Shown: piece after piece, positions 32,190 through 42,400 of the stretch
Layout: the number at the start of each line of letters is the position of its first letter
Numbering within the stretch: the first letter of the stretch is position 1
Source: an uncultured delta proteobacterium
Lineage (GTDB): Bacteria > Myxococcota > Kuafuiibacteriia > Kuafuiibacteriales > Kuafuiibacteriaceae
Direction of reading: 5' to 3'
NCBI GenBank assembly: GCA_963803435.1
Contig: CAWDML010000001.1
Span: forward strand, 2,528,001 to 2,592,000
DNA: 64,000 nucleotides
Made by a program: the position numbers and the translations under genes
The notes under the pieces: model-generated
The model's input: the letters and a program-made list of their open reading frames with translations, nothing else
Database searches by the model: none
Told to the model about the DNA's origin: nothing

Positions 32190-34755
32190 GCGTCGGCGAG
32201 ACGATCGAGCGGACCGCCGCGTCCAGGTCGATGATCGAGCGGGCGACCCTTCGAACGTCGGCGGCGCTGACGGCGACGATGCGCTCCGCATACTTCGCGT
32301 GATCATCATAGCCGATACCATAGGCCTCGTTGAGCGCCATATTGCTGCAGCGCGCGCTCGCACGCTGCAGCCCGATTCCGCGCGACCCGATCAAGTATCT
32401 ACGCGCGCGTGCGAGCTCCGCCTCGGTCACCTCCTCCTCGAGCATCTTGGTGAGCTCGGCCCGGATGCCCCGCTCGGCGGTGTCGAGCTTCTCCGGTGAC
32501 GTCCCGATGTAGACAGCGAAGTAGCCCGGGTCGAGCCCCTCCAGGCTGAACGCACCCACCGAGTAGGCCAGCGACTGCTTGTCGCGCAGCTCCAGGAACA
32601 GCCGCCCCGACTGGCCGCCCAGGACGCTGGACAGGACGTCGAGCACGTAGCGCCGCGGGTCGTCGAGCGTCACCCCGAGGAAGCCGAGGATCAGGTGCGC
32701 CTGCTCCTTCTCGCGGACCGTGGTGGCATAGCGGGGGCCGTTCGGTACCTCGGGCCGCCGCGGTGTGGGCCGGAGCGGGGCGTCCGGATGGGCGACCGCG
32801 TGACCGATGCGATCGGTGACCATGTCGACGGTCCGCGGCACGTCGACCGCGCCGACGATCGCGATCGTGAGCTGGTCGGGACGGAGCTGGGTCCGGTAGG
32901 CGTCCACGACGTCGTCGCGTACCAGCGCCGACACGTTCTCCTTGGTCCCGAGGGTCGGCATCCCGTACGGATGATCGCCGTAGATCGTCGCGCCCAGCTG
33001 CTCGAACGCCACCGCGCTGAGGTTGTCCTGCCGCGACAGGATGTCCTCGATCTGGCTCTTCTTCTCCTTGTCGATCTCCTTCTGGTCGAAGGTCGGCTCC
33101 AGGAGGCAGGACGCGAAGAGCTCGAACCCGCGCTCCCACGACTCCTGGAGGAAGTCGCCGCGCAGCCCCAGCGAGTTGCGACCGGAGAGGCCCGCGATCC
33201 CGCCGGCCATCGCGTCGGTCTCGTCGACGATCTGCTCGGCGGTGTACCGATTGGTACCGCGCACCATCAGCTCGCCCACCAAGTGGCTCACGCCGTTCGT
33301 CCGCGGCATCTCCGCCAGGAGTCCGCCCTTCGAGACCGCGCGGATGCTGACGCGCGGCACCGAGGCATCCTCGTTGACCAGCAGCGTGGCGCCGTTCGGG
33401 AGCGTCACCTTCGCCACCTGGAGCGCGCCCAAGCGGATCCGATCGGGAGCGTGCTCCTTCTCCAGCTCGGCGATCACCTTCTCGGTCATCGCCATCACGC
33501 GCTCCTTGCCCATCGCGTTCTCGTGCGCGAGCGGGAGGAGGGTCGCCACGCTGAGCGCCTTCGGCGAGAGGTACTTCCTCGCCACCTCCCGCACCTGATC
33601 TGGGGTCACCTTGCGGATCGCGTCGTAGTACTTGTCCTCGAAGTCCGTGCCGCCAGCGACCAGCTCGAAGTAGCCGAGCTTGCGCGCGATCCCCTCGACG
33701 GTCTCCTTCTGATAGATGGCGTCGGAGAGGATGATCGTCTGCGCCTTCTCGACCTCGGCCGCCGTGGGCGCCTCGTAGCGGAGGCGCAGCGTCTCCTTCA
33801 TCAGCGACTCGTAGGCCTCCTCGATCTTCTCGCCCTGGATCTGGGCGCCGATCACCAGCAGGCCCGGATCTTGAGGTGTGTACGAGAACGCGTAGCAGTC
33901 GGCCACCAGCTCCTGCTCGCGCTTCACGCGGCGGTAGAGGCGCGAGCTCTCGCCGGTGCCGAGCAAAACGCTGAGGATGTCGAGCGCCGGCGTGTCCGCG
34001 TCCTTCAGCGAGGTCCCGTGCCACGCCACCCCGAGGTAGGTCTCCTGGATGTCCTGCGTGCGCGTGACCGCCCGGAGCTCCGACTGCACCGGCTCGATCG
34101 AGCGCTGCCGCCCCTGGAGGTCGCCGGCGTTGAGGCTGGCCTCGAAGAGGCGCTCCGCCTTCTCCATCACCTCCTCGGCGTTCACGTCGCCGGTGACGAC
34201 CAGGCACATGTTCCGCGGCTGGTACCAGCGGCGATAGAACGCGAGGATCCGATCGCGCGTGAAGCTCTTGACGCTGTCGACGTAGCCGATCACCGGCCGC
34301 CGGTAGGGATGGCCGGTGTAGGTGGTCTCGAACAGCATCTCGCTGGCCACGCGCGAGGGCGTGTCGTTGCCGCGGCGGAGCTCCTCCAGCACGACCTCGA
34401 GCTCGCGAGAGAGCTCCTCGGCGTCGAACGTGGAGTGCTGGACGGCGTCGGAGAGGATGTCGAGCGCGACGTCGAGCTCGCGGCTCGCGATCGTCACGTG
34501 ATAGACGGTCTGGTCGTAGCTGGTCCAGGCGTTGATCTCTCCGCCGGCCGCCTCGATGTCCGCCGCGATCTCGCCGACCTTTCGGCGCTCGGTGCCCTTG
34601 AAGAGCATGTGCTCATGCACATGGGCGAGGCCGAACTCTGCCTCCCGCTCGTCCGCAGAGCCGACGCGCACCCAGACCTGCGCAGCGACCACCTTGGCGG
34701 CGTGATTCTCGTCGACGATGACCTTGAGACCGTTCCTCAGCGTTCTCTGAAGCAT
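32185..34755 (-). CDS. M16 family (pitrilysin-like) zinc peptidase
   Basis: HVHEHMLFKGT (HxxEH), NAWTS, second inactive M16 domain, RLFLELRDKQSLAY. Confidence 0.93.
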   Translation of the reverse strand: MLQRTLRNGLKVIVDENHAAKVVAAQVWVRVGSADEREAEFGLAHVHEHMLFKGTERRKVGEIAADIEAAGGEINAWTSYDQTVYHVTIASRELDVALDILSDAVQHSTFDAEELSRELEVVLEELRRGNDTPSRVASEMLFETTYTGHPYRRPVIGYVDSVKSFTRDRILAFYRRWYQPRNMCLVVTGDVNAEEVMEKAERLFEASLNAGDLQGRQRSIEPVQSELRAVTRTQDIQETYLGVAWHGTSLKDADTPALDILSVLLGTGESSRLYRRVKREQELVADCYAFSYTPQDPGLLVIGAQIQGEKIEEAYESLMKETLRLRYEAPTAAEVEKAQTIILSDAIYQKETVEGIARKLGYFELVAGGTDFEDKYYDAIRKVTPDQVREVARKYLSPKALSVATLLPLAHENAMGKERVMAMTEKVIAELEKEHAPDRIRLGALQVAKVTLPNGATLLVNEDASVPRVSIRAVSKGGLLAEMPRTNGVSHLVGELMVRGTNRYTAEQIVDETDAMAGGIAGLSGRNSLGLRGDFLQESWERGFELFASCLLEPTFDQKEIDKEKKSQIEDILSRQDNLSAVAFEQLGATIYGDHPYGMPTLGTKENVSALVRDDVVDAYRTQLRPDQLTIAIVGAVDVPRTVDMVTDRIGHAVAHPDAPLRPTPRRPEVPNGPRYATTVREKEQAHLILGFLGVTLDDPRRYVLDVLSSVLGGQSGRLFLELRDKQSLAYSVGAFSLEGLDPGYFAVYIGTSPEKLDTAERGIRAELTKMLEEEVTEAELARARRYLIGSRGIGLQRASARCSNMALNEAYGIGYDDHAKYAERIVAVSAADVRRVARSIIDLDAAVRSIVSPTR

Positions 34756-34804
34756 GAGGGGCCCATCGAGTCAGCGGGCCGACCCCGCGTCAAGTCCGTT
34801 GTGC

Positions 34805-36142
34805 TCACCTTTTCAGCACCCGCCCGCCGCACCGCCCAGGGTCCGCCGCCGACAGCGGCGCCTCGGCCTTTTGCGCGCGGCCGTACGGGCTCACGTCGAC
34901 CTCGACCCGATCCCAGGCCCCGGGGTGGGACAGCAACTTCTTCAGGTCGGCGGCGCAGGTCGCCAGGATCCGATCGCGCGCCGCGCGTGCCGTGCCGGAC
35001 CGCCCCAGCCGGGCCAGCGCCAGATCGATCGGAAGCGACAGCGTCGGATCGGCGGTGCGCACGGCTTCGAGGCCGGTGACGCCCAGGCCGCCCTCGGCAT
35101 CTCGCACGGCGGAGAGGATCGCCTCGCGACGCCGGCGCGCCTTGTCCAGCTTCTCGCGCTCCTGCCGGTGGCCCTTCGACCGCGCTTCCAGGGCCGGGAC
35201 CTCCCGCGCGCGCTTCCGCTCCACGTCGATCCGGGCGAGCAGCCCGAACGGATCGATCTCGAGCGGGCGGCGCCGCAACAGCTCTTCTGCGAACGCGGCC
35301 GCCCGATCGTACGCGCGGGTGGCCAGCAGCGCCTCCGCGACCAGGCGCACCGCGTCGTCCGACTTCGGATCGAGGCGGGCAGCCTCCTGCGCGGCGTCGA
35401 GGGCCTCGCTCGGCCGCTGGGCGTCGAGCAGGACCTCCGCGCGCAACCGCTCCATCGACGCGCTCTCGCCCTTCATCTCCGCGAGCTCGCGCTTGGCCTG
35501 GTCCTTCTCGTCGAGCCTCCAGTGCAGGCGCGCCTTCCACTCCGCGTCGTCCGCAAAACGGAGCGCACGCCGCGGATCGATGGGCGCCCAGGCGTCGACC
35601 AGGATCTCGCGCGCGTCGATCGAGTCGGCCAGCGCGATCGCCGCGCTCCGGCGACCCGCGTCGAGGAGCGCGCGCGCGAGCCGTCGCTTCTCCCCCTGCG
35701 GTGCAGACGACGCCACCAGCCGCACCAGCGCGGCCGCCGGATCGGGCGCGAAGGCGTCGTCGAGCGCGCTCGGGGCCCGCGCCAGCGCCCGCACCAGCAG
35801 CGCGTCCGCCTTCGCGCGCGCACCCGACGCTTGGAACGCCAGCGCGCCCAGGAACAGCGCGCCGGCCGGCGCGTCCGGAGACTCGGCCGCCTTCGCCAGC
35901 ACCTCACGGGCTCGCCCGATCCCGCCCGGACCGTCGAGCTCCGCCATCGCCCGATACACGGCCAGCTCGACCGAACCGTCGAGCGCGAGCCGCGCCGAGC
36001 TCCGTCGCCCCTCCACGAGATCGATCAGGCCCTGCGCGACCCGCTCGCGCTCGGGAGGGAGCTCGGACCGCTCGAGCGCGCCCGCGGCGGCGGTCACCAG
36101 CGCCGCGTCGGGCGTCGCCGCGAGGAGCAGGAGAGGGAGCAC
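34805..36142 (-). CDS. Secreted TPR/alpha-solenoid hypothetical protein
   Basis: Signal-like N-terminus; Ala/Leu-rich helical repeats (ALDAAQEAARLDPK). Confidence 0.65.
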   Translation of the reverse strand: MLPLLLLAATPDAALVTAAAGALERSELPPERERVAQGLIDLVEGRRSSARLALDGSVELAVYRAMAELDGPGGIGRAREVLAKAAESPDAPAGALFLGALAFQASGARAKADALLVRALARAPSALDDAFAPDPAAALVRLVASSAPQGEKRRLARALLDAGRRSAAIALADSIDAREILVDAWAPIDPRRALRFADDAEWKARLHWRLDEKDQAKRELAEMKGESASMERLRAEVLLDAQRPSEALDAAQEAARLDPKSDDAVRLVAEALLATRAYDRAAAFAEELLRRRPLEIDPFGLLARIDVERKRAREVPALEARSKGHRQEREKLDKARRRREAILSAVRDAEGGLGVTGLEAVRTADPTLSLPIDLALARLGRSGTARAARDRILATCAADLKKLLSHPGAWDRVEVDVSPYGRAQKAEAPLSAADPGRCGGRVLKR

Positions 36143-36213
36143 GCTTCGAGCGTACCAGAGCGCTCGACGCGCGACTCTTCCTCTGTGACTTCGTCCGGCC
36201 GGTTCTAACTGTC

Positions 36214-36538
36214 TAAGAGCCGGTCCAGAAACCGTTCCGTTCGCAGTTTGCTGTTTCGTCGTTCTGTCATTCGCTGTTCGATCCGGCGATGAAGGGCGAT
36301 GACATCGCAGAACGACTGCTCAAGTTTGCGAAGCGTGTACTTCGGGTTTGCCGCGAGTTCCCAAACGACTTTGCCGGCAAGCACGTTGTCCGACAGCTGA
36401 TCCGGTGTTCATCCGGAGGTGGTGCGAATGACGAGGAAGCGCGTGGCCGCGAGAGCCTTGCCGACTTCATCCACAAGATGGCGGTCGCTCGCAAGGAGAT
36501 CCGCGAGTCGCAAGGTTTGAGCTTCCGGCTCCCCCTAG
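36214..36538 (+). mobile_element. MITE-like element 1 carrying a truncated four-helix-bundle gene
   Basis: Left end TAAGAGCCGGTCCAGAAACC...CATTCGCTGTTC (36214-36279) resembles the ends of element 2; degenerate right end CCGGCTCCCCCTAG; visibly AT-richer than flanks. Confidence 0.5.
36289..36510 (+). pseudogene. Four-helix-bundle protein (23S rRNA IVS protein/TIGR02436/Avd-like), C-terminally truncated
   Basis: DIAERLLKFAKRVLRV...RQLIRCSSGGGANDEEA...ESLADFIHKMAVARKEIRES matches the family consensus (QL.RS.TS.GANY.EA...S..DF.HK.....KE..E). The last helix is missing and the ORF runs into repeat DNA. Confidence 0.75.
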
Positions 36539-36539
36539 T

Positions 36540-36805
36540 TAGAGCCGGTTCGAAAACCTCCGGACCGTTCCGCGTTTCCTGTTTCGCTCGTTCTGCTTAT
36601 TCGCTATTCAAAGCGGCCGTTGTTGCATCGTGCTCGATCGAGTGTTCTGCAGAGTCGATGCAGGCAAGATTCGCAAGTCTTCCGGACGCCCTGTGGAAAC
36701 GCACTCCCCCAAAGCGCATCGAGCGATCCGTCTCCATGAACAGCGAATGCCAGGACGCCGAAACACGGGACGGCGAACGATTCGGGGGGTTTCGGACCGG
36801 TTCTA
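36540..36805. mobile_element. MITE-like element 2 with ~70-bp imperfect terminal inverted repeats
   Basis: Left TAGAGCCGGTTCGAAAACC...TATTCGCTATTCA (36540-36610); right end reverse complement TAGAACCGGTCCGAAACC...CATTCGCTGTTCA (36737-36805). Confidence 0.65.
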
Positions 36806-37621
36806 AGGCGCCACCCGCAGGTGGGCGAACAGCCCCAGGTGATCCGACGGATAGAGCCCGTTCGGAGCCGGCTGATCGAACGCCAGGCGGGCGTCGAGGA
36901 CCTCGATCGGGCCGCGCACCAGGATGTAGTCGATGCGTTGCTTCGTCGTCTGCGCGACGGTCGCGCTCTTCACCAGCCGGATCGGCGAGGTGAAGCCGGC
37001 GTCCTCGCCGGCGTCGCGGAAGCCTGCGGCGATCGCGGCCGCGTAGGTCTCGGAGGTCGGCGTCGAGTTGAGATCACCGGTGAGGATCACCGGGCCGGCT
37101 TCGGCCGCGATCGCGTCGAGGATCGCCTGCATCTGCGGGCGCCGGACCTCGTCGCCGCCGGTGTTGTGCAGATGCGTGTCCACGAACAGGAGCTCGGGGC
37201 CCTCCACGTCGGGATCCAGATCGATCCGATCGAGGATCGCCGGCCGCCCATACTGGAGATCGATCATCGACTGCGACGCGATGGGCCTGCGGCTGAACAG
37301 CGCGATACCCTCGCCGGAGAACACGGCCAGCCCGGTCTTGAGCTCCTGATGGAACGCGTACTCGAGCCCGGCATCGCGGGCCATCCGATCGATGAGCTCC
37401 GCCTGCTCCGCTCCGATCTCCACCTCCTGCGTGCCGATCAGATCGGGCGACAGCGACGCGATCTCGGACCCGATCAGCGCGAAGCGATCCTCCCAGCAAT
37501 CGACGTTGTGGCGGAGGTTGATCGTCGCCACCGAGAGATCGATCGGCGGTCGCTCACCCTCGCCGCAGGCGGCGAAGAGGAGCAGGAGGAGGCGGATCGA
37601 TGCGGGCCTCAACCGCGACAC
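36803..37621 (-). CDS. Endonuclease/exonuclease/phosphatase family lipoprotein
   Basis: Lipobox FAAC; TIN, PDLIGTQE, THL, GDLN, RIDYI, PSDH motifs. Confidence 0.9.
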   Translation of the reverse strand: MSRLRPASIRLLLLLFAACGEGERPPIDLSVATINLRHNVDCWEDRFALIGSEIASLSPDLIGTQEVEIGAEQAELIDRMARDAGLEYAFHQELKTGLAVFSGEGIALFSRRPIASQSMIDLQYGRPAILDRIDLDPDVEGPELLFVDTHLHNTGGDEVRRPQMQAILDAIAAEAGPVILTGDLNSTPTSETYAAAIAAGFRDAGEDAGFTSPIRLVKSATVAQTTKQRIDYILVRGPIEVLDARLAFDQPAPNGLYPSDHLGLFAHLRVAP

Positions 37622-37724
37622 TGTAGCAGCGGCGGCGGGCGCTGACCCTCGCCAGACGGCCGAGAGGCCGCGGGTCCACAGGGCTTTTGCAGCCGGTTGG
37701 GGCTCCAGTAGACTTCCGGATCGC

Positions 37725-39404
37725 GTGCGTCGCGCGGCTTCACTGCTCGGTTTGGCTCTGGTCGCCTGCGCGGTCGAACCGAGCTACGAGGGTCGCCTCT
37801 GCGACGAGACGCGCACCTGTCCGAACGGCTACGAGTGCGGCACCGACGGCACTTGCCACGTGCAAGGTGGCCTGCAGTCGGACGGCGGCCCGAAGGGCGA
37901 CGCGGCGGCCGGCTTGGACGCGAGCGCAGACGCATCATCGAAGGACTCGGGCGCCACCGACGCCGCCCAGGACACCGGCCGCGACGCCGGCACGCCCGAC
38001 GCCGCGCCGGTCGACGCCGGTCCCCCGGTGGTCTCGCTCCGGATCACGCCCAGCTCGGTGTCACTGGCCGCCGGGTTCACCGCCCAGCTGGCGGCCGAGG
38101 CGACGTTCTCCGATCAGAGCACCGCCGACGTCAGCGGCGCGGTGGCGTGGACCATCGTCGATCCGAGCGTCGCGACCATCGACGCCGCCGGTCTCCTCCA
38201 GACGCTCGTCCCCGGCACCACGATCGTGAACGCAGCGCTCGGCGGCGTCACGGGGAGCGCAGCGCTCAACGTCTCCGATCCGATCGTCGTGGAGGTCGAG
38301 ACCTGGAACAAGCACAACCTGGTGGTAAAGTCGGACGGCACCGTCTGGGGCTGGGGCTGGAACCAGCACCGCGAGATCGACCCGATCGCCGAGGATCAGA
38401 TCACCGCTCCGGTGAAGCTCGCCATCAGCGACGTGGCCTGGGCCCGCGCCGGAGGCACCTTCAGCATCGCCGTCAAGCGCGACGGCACCGTCTGGGCCTG
38501 GGGCGGCAACGGGAGCGGCCAGCTCGGCCTCGGCCGCGTGGGCCCCGCCGCCGTCGCGACCCCGACCCGCCTTTCGCTCTCGAACGTGCGCGACATCCGC
38601 TGCGGCTACGACTTCGCGCTGGCCTTGATGACCGACGGCACCGTGCGCTCGTGGGGCGCGAACTCCTTCGGAAGCCTGGGCCTGGGCGGCGCCACCAACA
38701 CGGTGACCGCGACCCCCACCGCGATCCCCAACCTCGCCGGAGTCACCGCGATCGCGGCCGGCACCTACCACGGCGCCGCGATCATTGGCGGCGGCGCGGT
38801 GGCGGCGTGGGGCTACAATGCCTACGGCCAGCTCGGTCACGGCGTCATCGGCACCGACCTCAACACGCCCGGCGCGGTCGTCGGCATCGGTGGTGCAGGT
38901 CAGCTCGGAAACGTCGCCGCGATCGACGCCGGCTGGGGCCACACGATGGCGCTGACCTCGGACGGGCGCGCCCTCGCCTGGGGCTGGAACGCGTACGGTC
39001 AGCTCGGCGACCTGGGCACCACCGATCGCATCGCGCCCGCGGCCGTCTCGATCGCCGGAGGCGCCGCGCTCACCGGCATCACCCGCATCGCCGCCGGGTT
39101 CGCGCACTCGCTGGCCCTGGGCGCCGACGGCCGGTTGATGTCGTGGGGCAACAACCTCTTCGGTCAGCTCGGCGCCGGCACGACGGATCCGTCGCGCTCG
39201 TACGCCGCACCCGTCTTGTCGGCGCCTGGGGGGCTGCCCTTCGCCGGCAGCGCGGGCTTCGCAGGCGGCGGCGACCACGCGATCGTGCGGACCGACTCCG
39301 ATGAGGTGTGGGCGTTCGGAAGCAACGTCAACGCCGAGCTCGGCAACGGCACGTTCGGCATGGGCATGTTCGTCCTCACGCCGGTCCCGATCGTCGGCCT
39401 TTGA
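37725..39404 (+). CDS. RCC1-repeat lipoprotein with Cys-rich N-terminal module and Ig-like (Big_2) domain
   Basis: LALVAC lipobox; C-x5-CP-GY-C-DG-C; DAG linker; Big_2; repeated DGTVWAWGxNxxGQLG. Confidence 0.88.
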   Translation: MRRAASLLGLALVACAVEPSYEGRLCDETRTCPNGYECGTDGTCHVQGGLQSDGGPKGDAAAGLDASADASSKDSGATDAAQDTGRDAGTPDAAPVDAGPPVVSLRITPSSVSLAAGFTAQLAAEATFSDQSTADVSGAVAWTIVDPSVATIDAAGLLQTLVPGTTIVNAALGGVTGSAALNVSDPIVVEVETWNKHNLVVKSDGTVWGWGWNQHREIDPIAEDQITAPVKLAISDVAWARAGGTFSIAVKRDGTVWAWGGNGSGQLGLGRVGPAAVATPTRLSLSNVRDIRCGYDFALALMTDGTVRSWGANSFGSLGLGGATNTVTATPTAIPNLAGVTAIAAGTYHGAAIIGGGAVAAWGYNAYGQLGHGVIGTDLNTPGAVVGIGGAGQLGNVAAIDAGWGHTMALTSDGRALAWGWNAYGQLGDLGTTDRIAPAAVSIAGGAALTGITRIAAGFAHSLALGADGRLMSWGNNLFGQLGAGTTDPSRSYAAPVLSAPGGLPFAGSAGFAGGGDHAIVRTDSDEVWAFGSNVNAELGNGTFGMGMFVLTPVPIVGL

Positions 39405-39415
39405 GCCCGGCGGCG

Positions 39416-42400
39416 TCAGCTCCGGCGACGCGAGCGCCGGCGTCGCTTCTTGCCCTTGTGCGCCTTCCTGCCGGACTTCTTCTTGCCCCTCTTCGCGATC
39501 TGCTTCCGGTACACCGACAGCTTCTTGCCCTTGGCGGCCAGGAACTTGTGATACGCGCGGTACTTCTTGCCGAGCGGTGCGCCCTCGTCGAGCAGGGACT
39601 GCATGCGATCCGCCTGGTCCGTCGCCGCGGTGAGCGTCTCCTCGTCCGCGCCCTTCTTGAGCGCGGCCATCGACTTCGCGAGCTCGGCGGAGGCGGCCTT
39701 GAGCTGGTCCCGATTCGACCCCACCTCCGCCTCCATCGTCCGCTTGCGCAGCACGGCCTGCTGGCTCTTCGCGTAGCGGCGCGCCGTCGCCAGGTACTTG
39801 CCGTAGCCCTTGTTCTTCTTCCCGAACGCCTTCCCTTCGGCGATCACCGACTCGAGCCGATCGATCGCCTCCTCCGCCGACGACCCGTCGCCCTCCTCGC
39901 CGAGGGCCTCCTTCACCTGCGCCTTGGCCTGCTCCACGCGCGATCGGTGGTCGCCGAAGACGGCCTCCGCATGGACCTGCGCGATCTTCCCGCGGAGCCT
40001 CTTCGACTCCTTGACCGCCTTGGACCGCAGCCGCTTCAGGCCGCGATCCTTCTTGGCGGGCGTCTTGGTCGCCTCGATGGCCACGCTCAGCGCGTCGAGG
40101 GCGGCGTCGGCCTGCTCGAGATCGCCGCTCTTCACCTTCGCCCGCGCCGACACCTGCGCCAACTCGAGGCGCTTGGTCTCGATCGCGATGCGCTTCCGAC
40201 CGACCTGCTTCTTGCGGGCGACCAGCGTCTTCTTGAGCTTTCGATCCTTCTTCGCGTAGGCGTCGCCATCCCGGAGGACGGACGCCAGCTCCTCGACGGC
40301 GTCCTCGGCCGCCTGAAACGCATCGGTGTCCGGCTCACCGGCGAGCGCGGCGATCTTCTCGTCCGCCGCTCCGCTCGCCGCCGCCAACTTCTCCTGGAAC
40401 CCGGCGCGGCCGAGCGCCAGCTGACCGCCGTGGATCGCTGCGCGTGCCCGCCCCAGCGCCTGGCGCGCGCTCTTCTGGAACTTCGCGTACTTCGGGCTGC
40501 GCTCCGCCAGCGCGTCTCCCTCCTCGAGGGCCGACTCGAGCTCGCCGGCGGCCGACTCGGCGGCTTCGATCGCCTCGGCCGAGAGGTCCTTCAGCGCCCG
40601 CACCTTCTCGGCCAGCGCCGCGCGGGCCTCCTGGACCTTCTTCTCCTGAGGTCCGAACTCCTGCTGGAACTCGGCGTCGTTCAACCGCTTCTCCATCCCC
40701 CGGGCCTCGCCCGACTTCTGCGCCAGGTACTTCGCGAGCCCCTTGTCCTTCTTCGCCGAGCCGGCGCCGGACTTGATCTCCTCCTTCAGCTCCGAGAGCG
40801 CCTCCCGTCCCTGCCGGAGGGCGGCCTCGTCCTCGAGCGACGACATCCGCTCGTTCGCTGTGGCGAGCGCGGTCTCCACCCGCTTCTTCAGACCGTTGAC
40901 CTCCAGGTCGCGCTTCACGCCGGCGATCCGACCTCGGTACGCCTTGGCCTGCTTGTCGGCCGAGGCGACAAAGCGCGCATAGTCCTGATCTTGCTCCTTG
41001 AAGGCCTTGCTGGAGCGGACCGTGTTCTCCAGCAGATGCACCGCGTTCTCCGCCTCCACGAACGCCGCATCCGAGGGCTCGTTCGCCAGCGCCTCGATCA
41101 CGCCCTCGGTCGCGCCCAGCGTGACCGTGAGACGCTTCTTCCGGATCTCACCTCGGTCTTGAGGGATCTCCTTGCCGACCTTTGCAAGATAACCTGCATA
41201 CTCGGGATCGACCGACGCGTACTCCTGCCCGGCGTCCACCGTGTGCTGCAGCGCGGTGATCGCATCCTCCGCGTCCTGATAGGGCGACGAGATCTCCGTC
41301 AGCGCGGCCAGCGCCTTCTCCACGCCCTCGCGGCCCTCCTCCACCTCGCGCTTCTGCTTCGCGACGTCGCCGGCCACCCGGAAGCGGGCGATCGTCGAGC
41401 GCATGCCCGGAATCTTCTTCTTGACCGACGCCAGATACTTGGCGAACGGCGGGCTCTTCTTGGCGGCCGCGCCGCCGTCCTGCAGAGCGGACTCGAGCGA
41501 TGAGACCGTCTCGTCGGCGGCCTGAAACGCGCCGATCTCCGAGGCGCCCGACAGCGATCCCACCGACTCCTGGGCGGACCCGAAGGCCGACTCCACCTTC
41601 GCGCGCTGGGCCTCGACGAGCAGCCCGATCCGCCGGGACTGGATCTTCCGCGGCAGCACGGCGGCCCGCTTCTCCATCGTCGCGAGCCACCGACGCCCCT
41701 CCTTGTTCTTCTCGGACTTCCGCACGCCTTCGAGCGCCTCGCGGGCCTCCTTGGCCGCGGTTTCGGCCGCGTCGATCTCGCCGGATCCCCTCCGGCTTCT
41801 CGAGCGCGTCGATCTTCTCCTCCGCTCGACGGATCGCCCCCTCGACACGCTTCCGGGCCAGCGCCCGCCGCTGCTCGGGCAGGCGCTTCCGGAGCTCCGT
41901 CAGCCGCTTGTCCTTTCCCAGGCTCCCGATCCCCTCCGCGATCGCGGTGCTGAGCGCCTCGAGCGCGCCGGCGGCGGCGTCGAACGCCTCGGGGGCCGCC
42001 TCGTTCTCCAGCGCGGCCATCTTCTCGTCGACCTCGGTGGCCGCAGCGTCGAGCTTCTCGCGCTGCTCGGCACGCTTCACCTCGGTCCGCCGGTTCTCGA
42101 TCCGTCGCCGCGCACCCGCGAGCGTGCGCCCGCCTGCGGCCAGGTACTTCGCGAGCTCGGGGCTCCGCTTGGCGAACGGCTCGCCCTCCTCCAGCGCCGA
42201 GGCCAGCTCCGAGGCGGCCGCCTCCGCCGAAGAGAACGCCTCCTCGCCCGGCTGCCCGGCCAGCGCGCCCAGCGACTCGCCCACCTTCTCTTTCGCCTGA
42301 TCGATGCGCTCCCGGTGCGGCCGCACCTCGTTCTCCAGCCGGCCGCGGTCGATGCGCCGCCGCCAGCCTGCCACCTGCTTCCGCTCGCCGTCGCAGTACG

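Noticed and set aside
36214-36805. CRISPR array
   Set aside because: Repeats are ~70 bp, degenerate, partly inverted and irregularly spaced; no cas genes.
36289-39404. Diversity-generating retroelement (Avd-like gene near a repeat-rich RCC1 protein)
   Set aside because: No reverse transcriptase and no TR/VR pair differing at adenines in the window.
41780-41800. Programmed frameshift or phase-variable tract in the giant gene
   Set aside because: Only a 4-nt homopolymer with no slippery heptamer; similar single indels occur elsewhere (about 1921 and 31885), consistent with long-read error.
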